From: Rectinema sp.
GTDB lineage: Bacteria > Spirochaetota > Spirochaetia > Treponematales > Rectinemataceae
Direction of reading: 5' to 3'
DNA length: 64,000 nt
Assembly (NCBI GenBank): GCA_035415815.1
Contig: DAOOGR010000001.1
Coordinates: forward strand, 990 to 64,989
The notes under the pieces were generated by a model. That model searched no databases. It was not told the origin of the DNA and saw nothing but the letters and a program-made list of their open reading frames with translations. Shown piece by piece: positions 8,656 to 18,007 of the stretch. Each line of letters begins with the position of its first letter. Position 1 is the stretch's first letter. The translations under genes were made by a program, and so were the position numbers.

Positions 8656-9273
8656 ATGGAGATCCAATTACAAGAGCTTCTTGAGAGAATTCATAGCGAA
8701 GGCATCGAAAATGCAAAGCAGCAAGCCGAAGAGATTATCCAAAAAGCTCATTCGGAAGCGGCAGAAATTGTTGCCCGCGCCAGAAGAGATGCAGAGGAGA
8801 TGCAGTCTGAGGCCCTAAAGCGCATAGATGCAATGGAAGCGGCTTCGCGCGAAAGCCTTCTTCAGGCTTCTAGGGATACAATGATCGCCTTGCGTCAAAG
8901 TGTTCAACGCTTTCTCGATTCAGCCATCAGGGCTGATGTCAAGAAAGCTTTCGATGAGAAAATGGCCGCCCAAGTGATACCTGAAGTTCTAAAGATACTC
9001 TCGTCCGGTCAATCTGGCGACTTCGAAGTGCTTCTTCCACCGGAGCAATTCGAAAAAATAGACAGTTCTCTTTCTGCAAGGCTTGCCAAAGAACTCTCGA
9101 GGGGTGTCAGCTTTAAGCCTTACGATGCCATCGATGCGGGATTCCGAGTTGCTCTGTCTGGTTCCTCGGTTCAATATGACTTTTCTGCAGAGAGCATTGC
9201 ACAGATGCTCTCGGTTCGCGTAAATAAGCTCCTCTCCCAATATCTAAAAGAAGCTGCGGGGAGCCTCGATTGA
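8656..9273 (+). CDS. atpE: V-type ATP synthase subunit E
   Basis: The start was moved from the TTG at 8617 to the ATG at 8656, which is preceded by AGAGGGA. MEIQLQELLERIHSEGIENAKQQAEEIIQKA... is a typical long N-terminal helix of V/A-type subunit E. First gene of the V-ATPase operon. Confidence 0.85.
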   Translation: MEIQLQELLERIHSEGIENAKQQAEEIIQKAHSEAAEIVARARRDAEEMQSEALKRIDAMEAASRESLLQASRDTMIALRQSVQRFLDSAIRADVKKAFDEKMAAQVIPEVLKILSSGQSGDFEVLLPPEQFEKIDSSLSARLAKELSRGVSFKPYDAIDAGFRVALSGSSVQYDFSAESIAQMLSVRVNKLLSQYLKEAAGSLD

Positions 9274-9274
9274 A

Positions 9275-9865
9275 ATGAAGCATTATTGGTACTTTGCTTC
9301 GACACTTACATCTTTTCCATTTGGCTCACCCCCTCCCGTTTCTGTGCAGGCTTTTGACGAACTCTGCTCTAGGATGATTGATAAGAGCGATTTGGAAATT
9401 TTTCCTTGCATAGAAGAGGCAAGAAATGGCAGATTTTCAGAATCCATGAAGAAATCTGCATTCTTGATGTCATATTTTGAATTTGAAAGAGGGCTTCGGA
9501 ATGCGCTTGTAGTTTTCCGGACAAGAGCTTCAAAGCAAGATGCTAGCCAATGGATGAGGCCTGGCGATATAAACCCAGATTCGCTAAAAGCCGCGCAGGC
9601 CGCACAGGCCGCTTCGGACCCTCTCCAAGCCGAGTTTGCCATAGAGCGCGAACGATGGAATGCTGTGGAGAGACTCTCCGCTCTTTCAGCATTTGAGCTT
9701 GACTATATTCTTGCATATAAAATGAAATTGCTTATTGCATCTCGATATGCCTCTTTCGATAGAAATCGCGGGATGCAAGGATTCAATATACTATACCAAG
9801 ATATTGTAAATGCTGCAGCTGCAGTAGATGCAGCGAGTGCTTTTGATACCGGAGTAGCAACATGA
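9275..9865 (+). CDS. DUF2764-family protein of spirochaete/chlamydia-type V-ATPase operons
   Basis: 196 aa, lying between subunits E and A exactly as in Borrelia, Treponema and Chlamydia operons. The N-terminus MKHYWYFASTLTSFPFG resembles the YYYLxSSLP start of that family. Confidence 0.7.
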   Translation: MKHYWYFASTLTSFPFGSPPPVSVQAFDELCSRMIDKSDLEIFPCIEEARNGRFSESMKKSAFLMSYFEFERGLRNALVVFRTRASKQDASQWMRPGDINPDSLKAAQAAQAASDPLQAEFAIERERWNAVERLSALSAFELDYILAYKMKLLIASRYASFDRNRGMQGFNILYQDIVNAAAAVDAASAFDTGVAT

Positions 9866-11625
9866 CAGAAGGATTTGTCACCGCAGTAAATGGCAACATG
9901 GTTTCTATACAAACAGAAGGTATTGTAACCATGAATGAAGTCGCTTATATCCTGGTAGGAGAAAGAAGGCTAAAAAGCGAGGTAATTCGTATCCGCGGTA
10001 CCTCCGTTCAGGCCCAGGTCTATGAGATTACCAAAGGCATAAGAGTTGGAAATAGGGTAGAGTTTAGCAATGAGCTATTGTCTGTCGAGCTTGGCCCTGG
10101 CCTTCTTGGGCAGATATATGATGGACTTCAAAACCCTCTGCCAGAGATTGCCAATAAGGTAGGGTATTTTCTGGAGCCAGGTCTTTATCTCAGGGCACTC
10201 CCTCGAGATATAAAGTGGCATTTTACCCCACTCTTAAGAAAGGGCGATGTCTTAAAGCGTGGAATGGGTATAGGCTGGGTTCCGGAGCGATATTTCCGGC
10301 ATATCATAATGATGCCTTTTGATTTATATGGAGAATGGAAAGTTATAGAGATTGCACCAGAAGGTGATTACACGATCGATGAGGCGATAGCGGAAGTTGC
10401 CGATTCGAAAGGAAACAAGAGACATATCCGAATGTGTTTTTCCTGGCCTGTGAAGAGGGCTGTGGATTGCTATTCCGAACGTCTTAAGCCTTCAGAGCCG
10501 CTTGTTACGAAAACTCGAATCATAGATACATTTTTCCCAGTGGCAAAGGGTGGAACTTACTGTATCCCTGGGCCTTTCGGAGCAGGAAAGACAGTCCTGC
10601 AGCAGGTAACAAGTCGCCATGCCGAAGTCGACATTGTGCTAATAGCAGCATGTGGCGAGCGAGCAGGCGAGGTAGTAGAAACTCTCAAAGAGTTCCCCCA
10701 GATCATCGATCCAAAGACTGGGCGCTCTTTGATGGAACGGACTGTTATTATATGCAACACTTCGTCTATGCCTGTCGCTGCACGTGAAGCGTCGGTATAT
10801 ACGGCTGTGACTATTGCAGAATACTACCGGCAAATGGGCCTCGATGTGCTTCTCCTTGCTGATTCTACAAGCCGTTGGGCGCAGGCGATGCGTGAGATGT
10901 CCGGACGCCTTGAAGAGATCCCTGGAGAAGAGGCTTTTCCGGCATATCTCGAGTCTGTTATAGCTGCATTCTATGAGCGCGCTGGTATCGTAAGGCTTTA
11001 TAATGGCAAGGAGGGGTCTCTCACTATTGGGGGAACGGTGTCGCCCGCTGGTGGCAACTTCGAAGAACCTGTAACGCAAGCTACGCTTAAAGTTGTTGGT
11101 GCCTTTCATGGACTCTCACGAGAGCGGTCGGACGCACGCAAATATCCTTCAATCCATCCTCTAGATTCCTGGTCCAAATATGACGGTATCATGCCCAAAT
11201 CGACCGTTCGATACGCCCATTCATTTTTAGAGCGAGGAGCCGAAATAAGCGCAATGATGAAAGTTGTAGGTGAAGAAGGAACAAGCTTAGAGGATTATGT
11301 AATCTATCTAAAGAGCGAATTTTTAGATGCGGTTTACTTACAGCAGAATTCCTTCGATCCTGTCGATGCGGCGGTATCTCCAGCAAGACAAAGGCATGTG
11401 TTTAAACTGATACTTAAGATACTTGCAGCCGATATAAGATTCTCCGACAAAGAAGAGGCGCGAAATTTTTTCTATGAGCTTCGTCAAACAATGCTCGATT
11501 TGAATGGTACTCCGCAAGATAGCGATATGTTTAACGCTCTATACAATAGAGTAGACGCAGCTCTGGTCGATAGAGAACCAGAGTTTGATAACCGGGGGCT
11601 TAAATTGATGAGCACGCTGGAGTAA
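9862..11625 (+). CDS. atpA: V-type ATP synthase catalytic subunit A
   Basis: 587 aa. Walker A GPFGAGKTV, and the non-homologous insert typical of V/A-type A subunits. 4-nt overlap with the upstream gene. Confidence 0.95.
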   Translation: MTEGFVTAVNGNMVSIQTEGIVTMNEVAYILVGERRLKSEVIRIRGTSVQAQVYEITKGIRVGNRVEFSNELLSVELGPGLLGQIYDGLQNPLPEIANKVGYFLEPGLYLRALPRDIKWHFTPLLRKGDVLKRGMGIGWVPERYFRHIIMMPFDLYGEWKVIEIAPEGDYTIDEAIAEVADSKGNKRHIRMCFSWPVKRAVDCYSERLKPSEPLVTKTRIIDTFFPVAKGGTYCIPGPFGAGKTVLQQVTSRHAEVDIVLIAACGERAGEVVETLKEFPQIIDPKTGRSLMERTVIICNTSSMPVAAREASVYTAVTIAEYYRQMGLDVLLLADSTSRWAQAMREMSGRLEEIPGEEAFPAYLESVIAAFYERAGIVRLYNGKEGSLTIGGTVSPAGGNFEEPVTQATLKVVGAFHGLSRERSDARKYPSIHPLDSWSKYDGIMPKSTVRYAHSFLERGAEISAMMKVVGEEGTSLEDYVIYLKSEFLDAVYLQQNSFDPVDAAVSPARQRHVFKLILKILAADIRFSDKEEARNFFYELRQTMLDLNGTPQDSDMFNALYNRVDAALVDREPEFDNRGLKLMSTLE

Positions 11626-11628
11626 GGC

Positions 11629-12927
11629 ATGAATAAGATATACTCGAGAATAGAATCAATCGTAGGTAACGTTATTGCGGTAGAAGCGCAGGATATTGCT
11701 TATGGTGAGCTGGCTCAGGTAAATACTAGATATGGTGCTTCTCTTGCAGAGACGATCCGTCTAGATGGCAAGATGGTGTATCTTCAAGTCTTTTCGGGTA
11801 GTCGTGGTATTTCAACAGGCGATGAGGTGCGTTTCTTGGGACACCCAATGCAAGTGAGCTTTTCCGACGACCTTATGGGCAGAATTTTCGATGGAGCGGG
11901 AGAGCCGCGCGATGGAGGCCCAGATCTAACGGAAAATCTTATAACTATAGCCGGACCAGCAGTAAACCCCTATCAGCGCATTATTCCGCGCGAGATGATA
12001 AGAACTGGTATTCCGATGATAGATGTGTTCAACACACTTGTCAAAAGCCAGAAACTTCCTATTTTTTCAGTCTCAGGAGAGCCATATAATCCTCTTCTTG
12101 CTCGGATTGCAATGCAGGCTGAAGTCGACCTTATCATCCTAGGAGGAATGGGACTCAAATATGACGACTATCTTTTCTTCAAAGATACTCTTGAGCAGGG
12201 AGGTTCTTTGTCGAAAACGATTATGTTCGTGCATACCGCGGCCGATCCCATAGTCGAGTGTCTCATGGTGCCGGATATCTCGCTGGCAATTGCCGAGCGC
12301 TTTGCTCTCAAAGGCAAGAATGTTCTCGTTTTGCTGAGCGATATGACCAACTTTGCCGATGCTTTGAAGGAAATCGCTATAACCCAAGAACAAGTACCTT
12401 CGAATCGCGGTTATCCTGGCGATTTATATTCACAGCTTGCTGCGCGATACGAAAAAGCCGTCGATTTTTCGGATGCTGGCTCTATTACTATTCTTGCGGT
12501 CACTACAATGCCAGGAGATGATGTGACACATCCTATTCCAGACAACACAGGCTATATAACCGAAGGCCAGTTTTATCTTCGTGATGGACACATCGAGCCT
12601 TTCGGATCTCTTTCTCGACTGAAACAATTGGTCAACGCCAAGACCAGGGAAGATCATCGCTCTATTATGGATGCGATGATAAAACTTTTTGCTGCATATA
12701 GGGACACCCTCGAGAAGAAATCGATGGGCTTCCAGATGAGTGCCTGGGATCGCAAACTCCTCAAATATGGAGAACTCTTTGAGCAGAGGATTATGGATTT
12801 GTCTGTGAATATTCCTCTAGAAAAGGCCCTTGATCTATGCTGGGAAACATTGGCTGAATGCTTTGAGCCACGAGAAACAGGCCTTCGTTCAGATCTTATC
12901 CAGAAATTTTGGATAGGAAAGAAATAA
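11629..12927 (+). CDS. atpB: V-type ATP synthase subunit B
   Basis: 432 aa with a conserved B-subunit core ([47 protein letters not shown]). Confidence 0.95.
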   Translation: MNKIYSRIESIVGNVIAVEAQDIAYGELAQVNTRYGASLAETIRLDGKMVYLQVFSGSRGISTGDEVRFLGHPMQVSFSDDLMGRIFDGAGEPRDGGPDLTENLITIAGPAVNPYQRIIPREMIRTGIPMIDVFNTLVKSQKLPIFSVSGEPYNPLLARIAMQAEVDLIILGGMGLKYDDYLFFKDTLEQGGSLSKTIMFVHTAADPIVECLMVPDISLAIAERFALKGKNVLVLLSDMTNFADALKEIAITQEQVPSNRGYPGDLYSQLAARYEKAVDFSDAGSITILAVTTMPGDDVTHPIPDNTGYITEGQFYLRDGHIEPFGSLSRLKQLVNAKTREDHRSIMDAMIKLFAAYRDTLEKKSMGFQMSAWDRKLLKYGELFEQRIMDLSVNIPLEKALDLCWETLAECFEPRETGLRSDLIQKFWIGKK

Positions 12928-12960
12928 TTCGAGTTAGCAAGAAGAGAAGGCAATAGAATC

Positions 12961-13575
12961 ATGGGAAAGATCAAGCTGACCAAAAATGAGTTGAAAAAGA
13001 AGAGAGATGAGCTCAAGATGTATGAGCGCTATCTCCCAACTCTTCAACTCAAAAAACAGCAGCTTCAAGTCGAAGTGCGCAGCGTCCAGACTCGCATGGA
13101 GGAACTTCAAGCACAGAAAACAACGCTCGAGCAAGAGGCATCATCATGGATGGCAGTGTTCACAGAACAAACTGCTGCACGTACCAAGGAAGGTGAGCCT
13201 ATTCTGAAGGTTAGCTCCATTAGCTCTGATACTGGCAATATAGCCGGAGTCGCTATTCCAGTATTCCTTGGTGTAGAATTCGATCATAAGAGTTATGATT
13301 TATATGCGACTCCTCTCTGGGTTGATAATGCATTGATTCTTTTGGAGCGGCTTGTTCGCACAAAAATAGAACTCGATATAGTCTCAAAGCAGAAAGAGCT
13401 GCTTTCACAAGAGTTGCGAATTACAACTCAGCGTGTAAACCTATTCGAAAAAGTGAAGATTCCCGAGACTGTCGCCGACATAAGAAAGATTCGCATTTAC
13501 TTGGGCGATCAAGAGACAGCTCAAGTAGTGAGGGGTAAGATCGCAAAAAGAAAGGTAGAGGGAGCCGAACGATGA
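12961..13575 (+). CDS. atpD: V-type ATP synthase subunit D
   Basis: 204 aa. The start KLTKNELKKKRDELKMYERYLPTLQLKKQQL is typical of the central-stalk subunit D. Confidence 0.9.
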   Translation: MGKIKLTKNELKKKRDELKMYERYLPTLQLKKQQLQVEVRSVQTRMEELQAQKTTLEQEASSWMAVFTEQTAARTKEGEPILKVSSISSDTGNIAGVAIPVFLGVEFDHKSYDLYATPLWVDNALILLERLVRTKIELDIVSKQKELLSQELRITTQRVNLFEKVKIPETVADIRKIRIYLGDQETAQVVRGKIAKRKVEGAER

Positions 13576-15461
13576 TAGTACCTATGAAAAAGTTTTACCT
13601 CATCGTGCTCCAGAGAGATAGAGAAAACCTTCCAGAGCGACTTAGAAATCTCGGTGTAGCTCATGTTGAGGAACTTCGGGGTATAGGAGAAAAATACCAA
13701 GGTTTGGAGAGAGAAAAGGCAGAGGCTGAATCGGTCTATTTTCTTCTTCAGAATTATGTCGACAAAAAATCCAAACCAAGCAAGGAAGATACTTCTATAT
13801 CTTTAAAATATGAAGAATACAAAGATGTCAGAGATATCATTCGCGAAATCTCCGCAGCTAAGCAAAGACTGGATTTGTTAGAAGATCGTTCTATAGACCT
13901 AAAAAGAGAAATAAATAGAGTGGAAAGCTGGGGAGAAGTCTCGATGGCAATGCTTGAGCAAATCATCGATGGCGTAGGTTTAACTCTTAGATTCTTCGAA
14001 GCTCCGCTGAAAGAGCTCGCTACGCTGCCAAAAGAGACCGAATATATAAGGATTTCTGCTCCAAAAGGCAGATGCAGGATAGGCCTTATTCTCCACGAAG
14101 GGGAAGAAACACCAGAATTGCCGCCATCTTTCTTAGAGTTTTTACCACCAGAGATTCCTCTTTCGCAGATGCGACAAGAGATCGCTTCTATCGATAGCCA
14201 AAAGCAACAGATTCTTAGAGAATTTAGGGAAAATTCAGCAAACTTATCTCTTATAAAGAAATATTTGCATAAGCTTAATTCTAGCATAATCTTGGAACGA
14301 TTGCGATCTGGCATGCCACAGAAAGAAAGTCTTGCCTATATGAAGGGATATGTTCCTGCTCGCGACTGCGAAAAATTCAAGAAGGCTGCCGCAAAATATG
14401 GTTGGGCTATTGCCTTCGATGATCCGATAGAAGAAGACCAGCCTCCAACTCTTGTGGAAAACCCCCCAGCAGTTCGAATAATCCAGCCTGTATTCGAGTT
14501 TCTTGGAACCGTGCCGAATTATTGGGAGTATGACATATCGAGCTGGTTTTTGATCTTTTTCTCTATTTTCTTTGCAATGATATTCGGAGATGCCAGCTAT
14601 GGAGCTATCATCGTTCTAGCCACAATTGCTTCGATCATTGCTGGAAAAAGAAAAGGAAAGCCGATTGGCGATGCACAGAAGTTATTTCTTCTCTTGGGTA
14701 GTACAACTGTTATTTGGGGTGCACTTACTGCCACATGGTTCGGTATAGCCTTTGATAGTCTTCCAAGACTGCTTCAGAATATCTCTATTCCTTCAATAAA
14801 TGGTCAGTCTCCAGATTCCGAGAATAATATAAAGGTTATTTGTTTTTCAATTGGCCTTATTCAGCTTTCGATTGCTCACCTAAAGAATCTTAAGCGTGAT
14901 TTCCCCGACCTCAAGTTTCTCTCTCAGGCTGGATCACTACTATTGCTTCTTGGCATGTTCAATGCTGCATTAAATTTGGTCATCGATGCAACTAGATTTC
15001 CAATAACGAATTGGGCGATTGTCTGTATCGCTGTAGGCTTTTTCCTTGTATTTATCTTTGGCAATTGGAATGGCAAGCTTGGTTCGAGTCTTTTAGAAAG
15101 CTTAAAGAATATAATTCCAACTTTTTTAGGCACAGTAAGTGTCTTTGCCGATATTGTCTCTTATATAAGACTTTGGGCCGTAGGACTTGCGGGGCTCGCA
15201 CTTGCTCAGACGGTGAATGGAATGGCGGGAGGACTTTTGAGTGGACCCTCAAAATTTATCATAGATCTTATTCTCAAATTCATCATTGCAGCAGTGATCT
15301 TGGTTGCTGCCCATGCGCTCAATTTCTTGCTTACGGTTCTTTCGGTTATAGTGCATGGCATAAGACTCAATATGCTGGAGTTTTCCGGGCATCTCGGCAT
15401 GGAGTGGTCCGGTTACAAATACGATCCGCTGAAAGAGGATGAGGATCTTTCGGCGTCATAG
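13572..15461 (+). CDS. atpI: V-type ATP synthase subunit I (a-type stator)
   Basis: 629 aa with a soluble N-terminal half and a multi-TM C-terminal half containing SYIRLWAVGLAG (the essential Arg context). Confidence 0.88.
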   Translation: MIVPMKKFYLIVLQRDRENLPERLRNLGVAHVEELRGIGEKYQGLEREKAEAESVYFLLQNYVDKKSKPSKEDTSISLKYEEYKDVRDIIREISAAKQRLDLLEDRSIDLKREINRVESWGEVSMAMLEQIIDGVGLTLRFFEAPLKELATLPKETEYIRISAPKGRCRIGLILHEGEETPELPPSFLEFLPPEIPLSQMRQEIASIDSQKQQILREFRENSANLSLIKKYLHKLNSSIILERLRSGMPQKESLAYMKGYVPARDCEKFKKAAAKYGWAIAFDDPIEEDQPPTLVENPPAVRIIQPVFEFLGTVPNYWEYDISSWFLIFFSIFFAMIFGDASYGAIIVLATIASIIAGKRKGKPIGDAQKLFLLLGSTTVIWGALTATWFGIAFDSLPRLLQNISIPSINGQSPDSENNIKVICFSIGLIQLSIAHLKNLKRDFPDLKFLSQAGSLLLLLGMFNAALNLVIDATRFPITNWAIVCIAVGFFLVFIFGNWNGKLGSSLLESLKNIIPTFLGTVSVFADIVSYIRLWAVGLAGLALAQTVNGMAGGLLSGPSKFIIDLILKFIIAAVILVAAHALNFLLTVLSVIVHGIRLNMLEFSGHLGMEWSGYKYDPLKEDEDLSAS

Positions 15462-15487
15462 CAATCTACCCTATAGGAGAGTGGTGT

Positions 15488-15910
15488 ATGAATATTGCAT
15501 TGATAGGTGCTGCATGTGTGCTGGGCTTTGGTGCCATTGGTTCTGGCATCGGGGCAGGAATTGCTGGCATGGCCGCGATTGGTTCCTGGAAACGATCTTA
15601 TTTAAATAATAAAGCACCATCATTTTTGCTCGTTGCCTTTGCTGGAGCTCCTTTGACTCAGACTATATATAGCTTCATCTTGATGACCAGAATCATCAAC
15701 TCAACAAAAGAACCGTTGCTTTTGCTTGCAGCTGGCATTATGTCTGGACTCTCAGAAGGAATCTCCGCGATCGCACAAGGACAGGCTGCAGCTGCTGGCT
15801 GCGATGCATTTGGAGAGACTGGCAAGGGTTTTGCAAATTACATCATTGTTGTGGGCTTAGTTGAAACTGTAGCATTATTTACTTTGGCTTTCACTTTTAG
15901 CGTCATTTGA
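15488..15910 (+). CDS. atpK: V-type ATP synthase subunit K (proteolipid)
   Basis: 140 aa, Gly/Ala-rich four-helix proteolipid. Last gene of the operon. Confidence 0.85.
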   Translation: MNIALIGAACVLGFGAIGSGIGAGIAGMAAIGSWKRSYLNNKAPSFLLVAFAGAPLTQTIYSFILMTRIINSTKEPLLLLAAGIMSGLSEGISAIAQGQAAAAGCDAFGETGKGFANYIIVVGLVETVALFTLAFTFSVI

Positions 15911-15944
15911 TTAAGCACTTAGGAATAGGAGCTAAGTTTTCTTA

Positions 15945-17030
15945 ATGAAAGAGACGCACATTATAAAAGTGGGGGACCTGTTTTTAGGAGGCGATTGGCC
16001 TGTCAGCATCCAGACCATGTGGAAAGATGCGCTTCCTAGATTTTCATCGTCAGGGGATGCACAGCTGTTGGACATCCTTGAGAAACTTTCTTCCCTCAAA
16101 AAGCTTGGCTGTGACATTATCCGCTTTGCAGTGCCAGAAATATCCACTGCAGAATCGCTCGGGATGCTTGCAGGTCTTTCTCCATTGCCAATCGTGGCTG
16201 ATATTCATTTCGATTGGCGAATAGCGCTTAGATGCATGGACTTTCCTATAGCGAAGATACGTATCAATCCAGGCAATATCGGTGCCGAATGGAAGGTTCG
16301 CGAGGTCGTAGCTAAGGCCAAAGACAAAGGAATTCCCATTCGTATAGGTATCAATGCCGGTTCATTACCTAGAGATCTTGCAATGGAACAAGATGTCGTA
16401 AGCGCGGCCATAAAAGCGGCGGAGCGCGAAATTGAGCTTCTCGAATCAATGAGTTTCAACGATATCGTAGTATCGCTAAAGATGAACCAGCCAGACGAAG
16501 TCGTGCGAGCCAATGAAGAGTTTTCCTTACGCTATCCTTACCCTTTGCATCTAGGCGTCACTGAGGCCGGTCCTCTTGTGGCAGGAATAGTCCGCAATAC
16601 CGCAGCGCTCGTGCCACTTCTAAAAAAAGGTATTGGAGCTACCATCCGTGTTTCTCTCTCCGATACCATGGAGCAGGAAGTAATTGCTGGCAAAGAAATC
16701 CTTGCTTGCGTAGGGAAAGGCAAGCATGGAATTAGGATTGTATCCTGCCCTCGCTGTGGAAGAGCATCTTTCGATACTCATGCCTTCGTTTCTAGATGGA
16801 TGAATCGCCTGTATTCGCTAAACGCAGATATATCGATTGCCGTTATGGGCTGCATAGTAAATGGCCCAGGTGAAGCGCGACAAGCGGCTCTAGGCATTAC
16901 AGGAGCAGGCAATTCGGTGTTGATTTTCAAACACGGAGAAATTATAAGGCGAGTTGAAAAAGAGCAAGCTGATATCGCATTCGAAGAAGAACTCGAATCG
17001 TTATTGAAAGACGAAATCAATTCCAACTGA
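15945..17030 (+). CDS. ispG: 4-hydroxy-3-methylbut-2-en-1-yl diphosphate synthase
   Basis: 361 aa. IKVGDLFLGGDWPVSIQTM start and the C-terminal Fe-S cysteines (SCPRCGR ... GCIVNGPGE). Confidence 0.93.
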   Translation: MKETHIIKVGDLFLGGDWPVSIQTMWKDALPRFSSSGDAQLLDILEKLSSLKKLGCDIIRFAVPEISTAESLGMLAGLSPLPIVADIHFDWRIALRCMDFPIAKIRINPGNIGAEWKVREVVAKAKDKGIPIRIGINAGSLPRDLAMEQDVVSAAIKAAEREIELLESMSFNDIVVSLKMNQPDEVVRANEEFSLRYPYPLHLGVTEAGPLVAGIVRNTAALVPLLKKGIGATIRVSLSDTMEQEVIAGKEILACVGKGKHGIRIVSCPRCGRASFDTHAFVSRWMNRLYSLNADISIAVMGCIVNGPGEARQAALGITGAGNSVLIFKHGEIIRRVEKEQADIAFEEELESLLKDEINSN

Positions 17031-17083
17031 GCACCAATGCTGTTGTAGGCCAAAGCTGTGCTGTATATGCTATTTTCTTCGAG

Positions 17084-17431
17084 TCATTCGCTTTTTTCTG
17101 CCATTTTTTCTGAGGAAGAATTCGATTCTGCTTTGATTTGACAGATCATCGCATCGATTAGATTCTTGATAAATGGATCAGAGATAGAATAGATGCGACG
17201 CGTTTTCTTTACTTCGGAAGTAACGATTCCATAGTGTTTTAGAATTGCGAGGTGCTGAGATACTACTGGCTGTGGTTGATCGAGACAGCGCCAGATATCA
17301 CCAACACAAGGTACTTCTTGATCGGCAATGAGGCAAAGAATCTTCAAACGAATAGGATGTCCGATTGCCTTGAACTTTTGTGCATAAGGCTCAAGTTTTT
17401 CTTCATAGCATGTTTTTGTGGTCTGGTTCAT
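17084..17431 (-). CDS. ArsR/SmtB-family transcriptional regulator
   Basis: HTH core HPIRLKILCLI...VVSQHLAILKHYGIV. The start was moved from the TTG at 17452 to the first ATG at 17431 (MNQTTKT...). Confidence 0.8.
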   Translation of the reverse strand: MNQTTKTCYEEKLEPYAQKFKAIGHPIRLKILCLIADQEVPCVGDIWRCLDQPQPVVSQHLAILKHYGIVTSEVKKTRRIYSISDPFIKNLIDAMICQIKAESNSSSEKMAEKSE

Positions 17432-17440
17432 AATGTCTAT

Positions 17441-17469
17441 ATTATATAGCAATTATTATAAAAACTCAA
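17441..17469 (-). promoter_or_regulatory. sigma70-type promoter of the ArsR-family gene
   Basis: The reverse strand reads TTGAGT (17469..17464), a 17-nt spacer, then TATAAT (17446..17441). Only 9 nt separate the -10 from the ATG, and no SD is present. Confidence 0.5.
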
Positions 17470-17485
17470 GTTGATAAAGCTGATA

Positions 17486-17498
17486 ATGCAAATTGCAT
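17486..17498. promoter_or_regulatory. perfect 13-nt palindrome, candidate operator
   Basis: ATGCAA-A-TTGCAT lies 17 nt upstream of the -35 of the ArsR-family gene. The loop is too short for an RNA hairpin. Confidence 0.3.
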
Positions 17499-17540
17499 CC
17501 AGAATAGGCTAGCTAGATTTCTGGGTTCTGCCGATTTTAT

Positions 17541-17942
17541 TCAAAGTTTCATCGTACGCTGTGCTTTTGCAACTAGCCTGCTGCCAGTCTTAGAATCGAT
17601 ATGGTGGGTTTTTAGTATTTCATTTGTAATAATAGAGGGTTCTCTTAGGAATTGTTCTTCGGCGATACAGATACATGGGGGGAAATCAGGAATGCCTCTC
17701 CCAAGGACAATCATTTTGCAGCCTTTCAGCGGTGCATAAAAGCGGACTAGCGCTGCAAGCAACTGTTGATGTAAGGGGAAATCTTTTCCTCGAATGATGA
17801 CTGCCTCAGGATTAAGCTCAGTAAGATGGTCTAATACTCGCAGAGGATCGCGATAAGCTATAGAGGCAATATCCTTATGATTTAATTGCCTAAGGACAAC
17901 GTTGGCAATCGATTTTTCTTCGATAAGAACTAATACTAACAT
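17541..17942 (-). CDS. stand-alone receiver-like (CheY-fold) protein lacking the phospho-acceptor pocket
   Basis: 133 aa. The alternating beta/alpha pattern MLVLVLIEE...AVIIRGKDFP...MIVLG resembles a receiver domain, but the DD pair and the acceptor Asp are replaced (EE, RG). Confidence 0.45.
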   Translation of the reverse strand: MLVLVLIEEKSIANVVLRQLNHKDIASIAYRDPLRVLDHLTELNPEAVIIRGKDFPLHQQLLAALVRFYAPLKGCKMIVLGRGIPDFPPCICIAEEQFLREPSIITNEILKTHHIDSKTGSRLVAKAQRTMKL

Positions 17943-18007
17943 GGTATCGTAATTTTAGCACCCATAGATAAAACTCGCTAAAAAGGCTATACTCCTAACT
18001 ATCTTCA

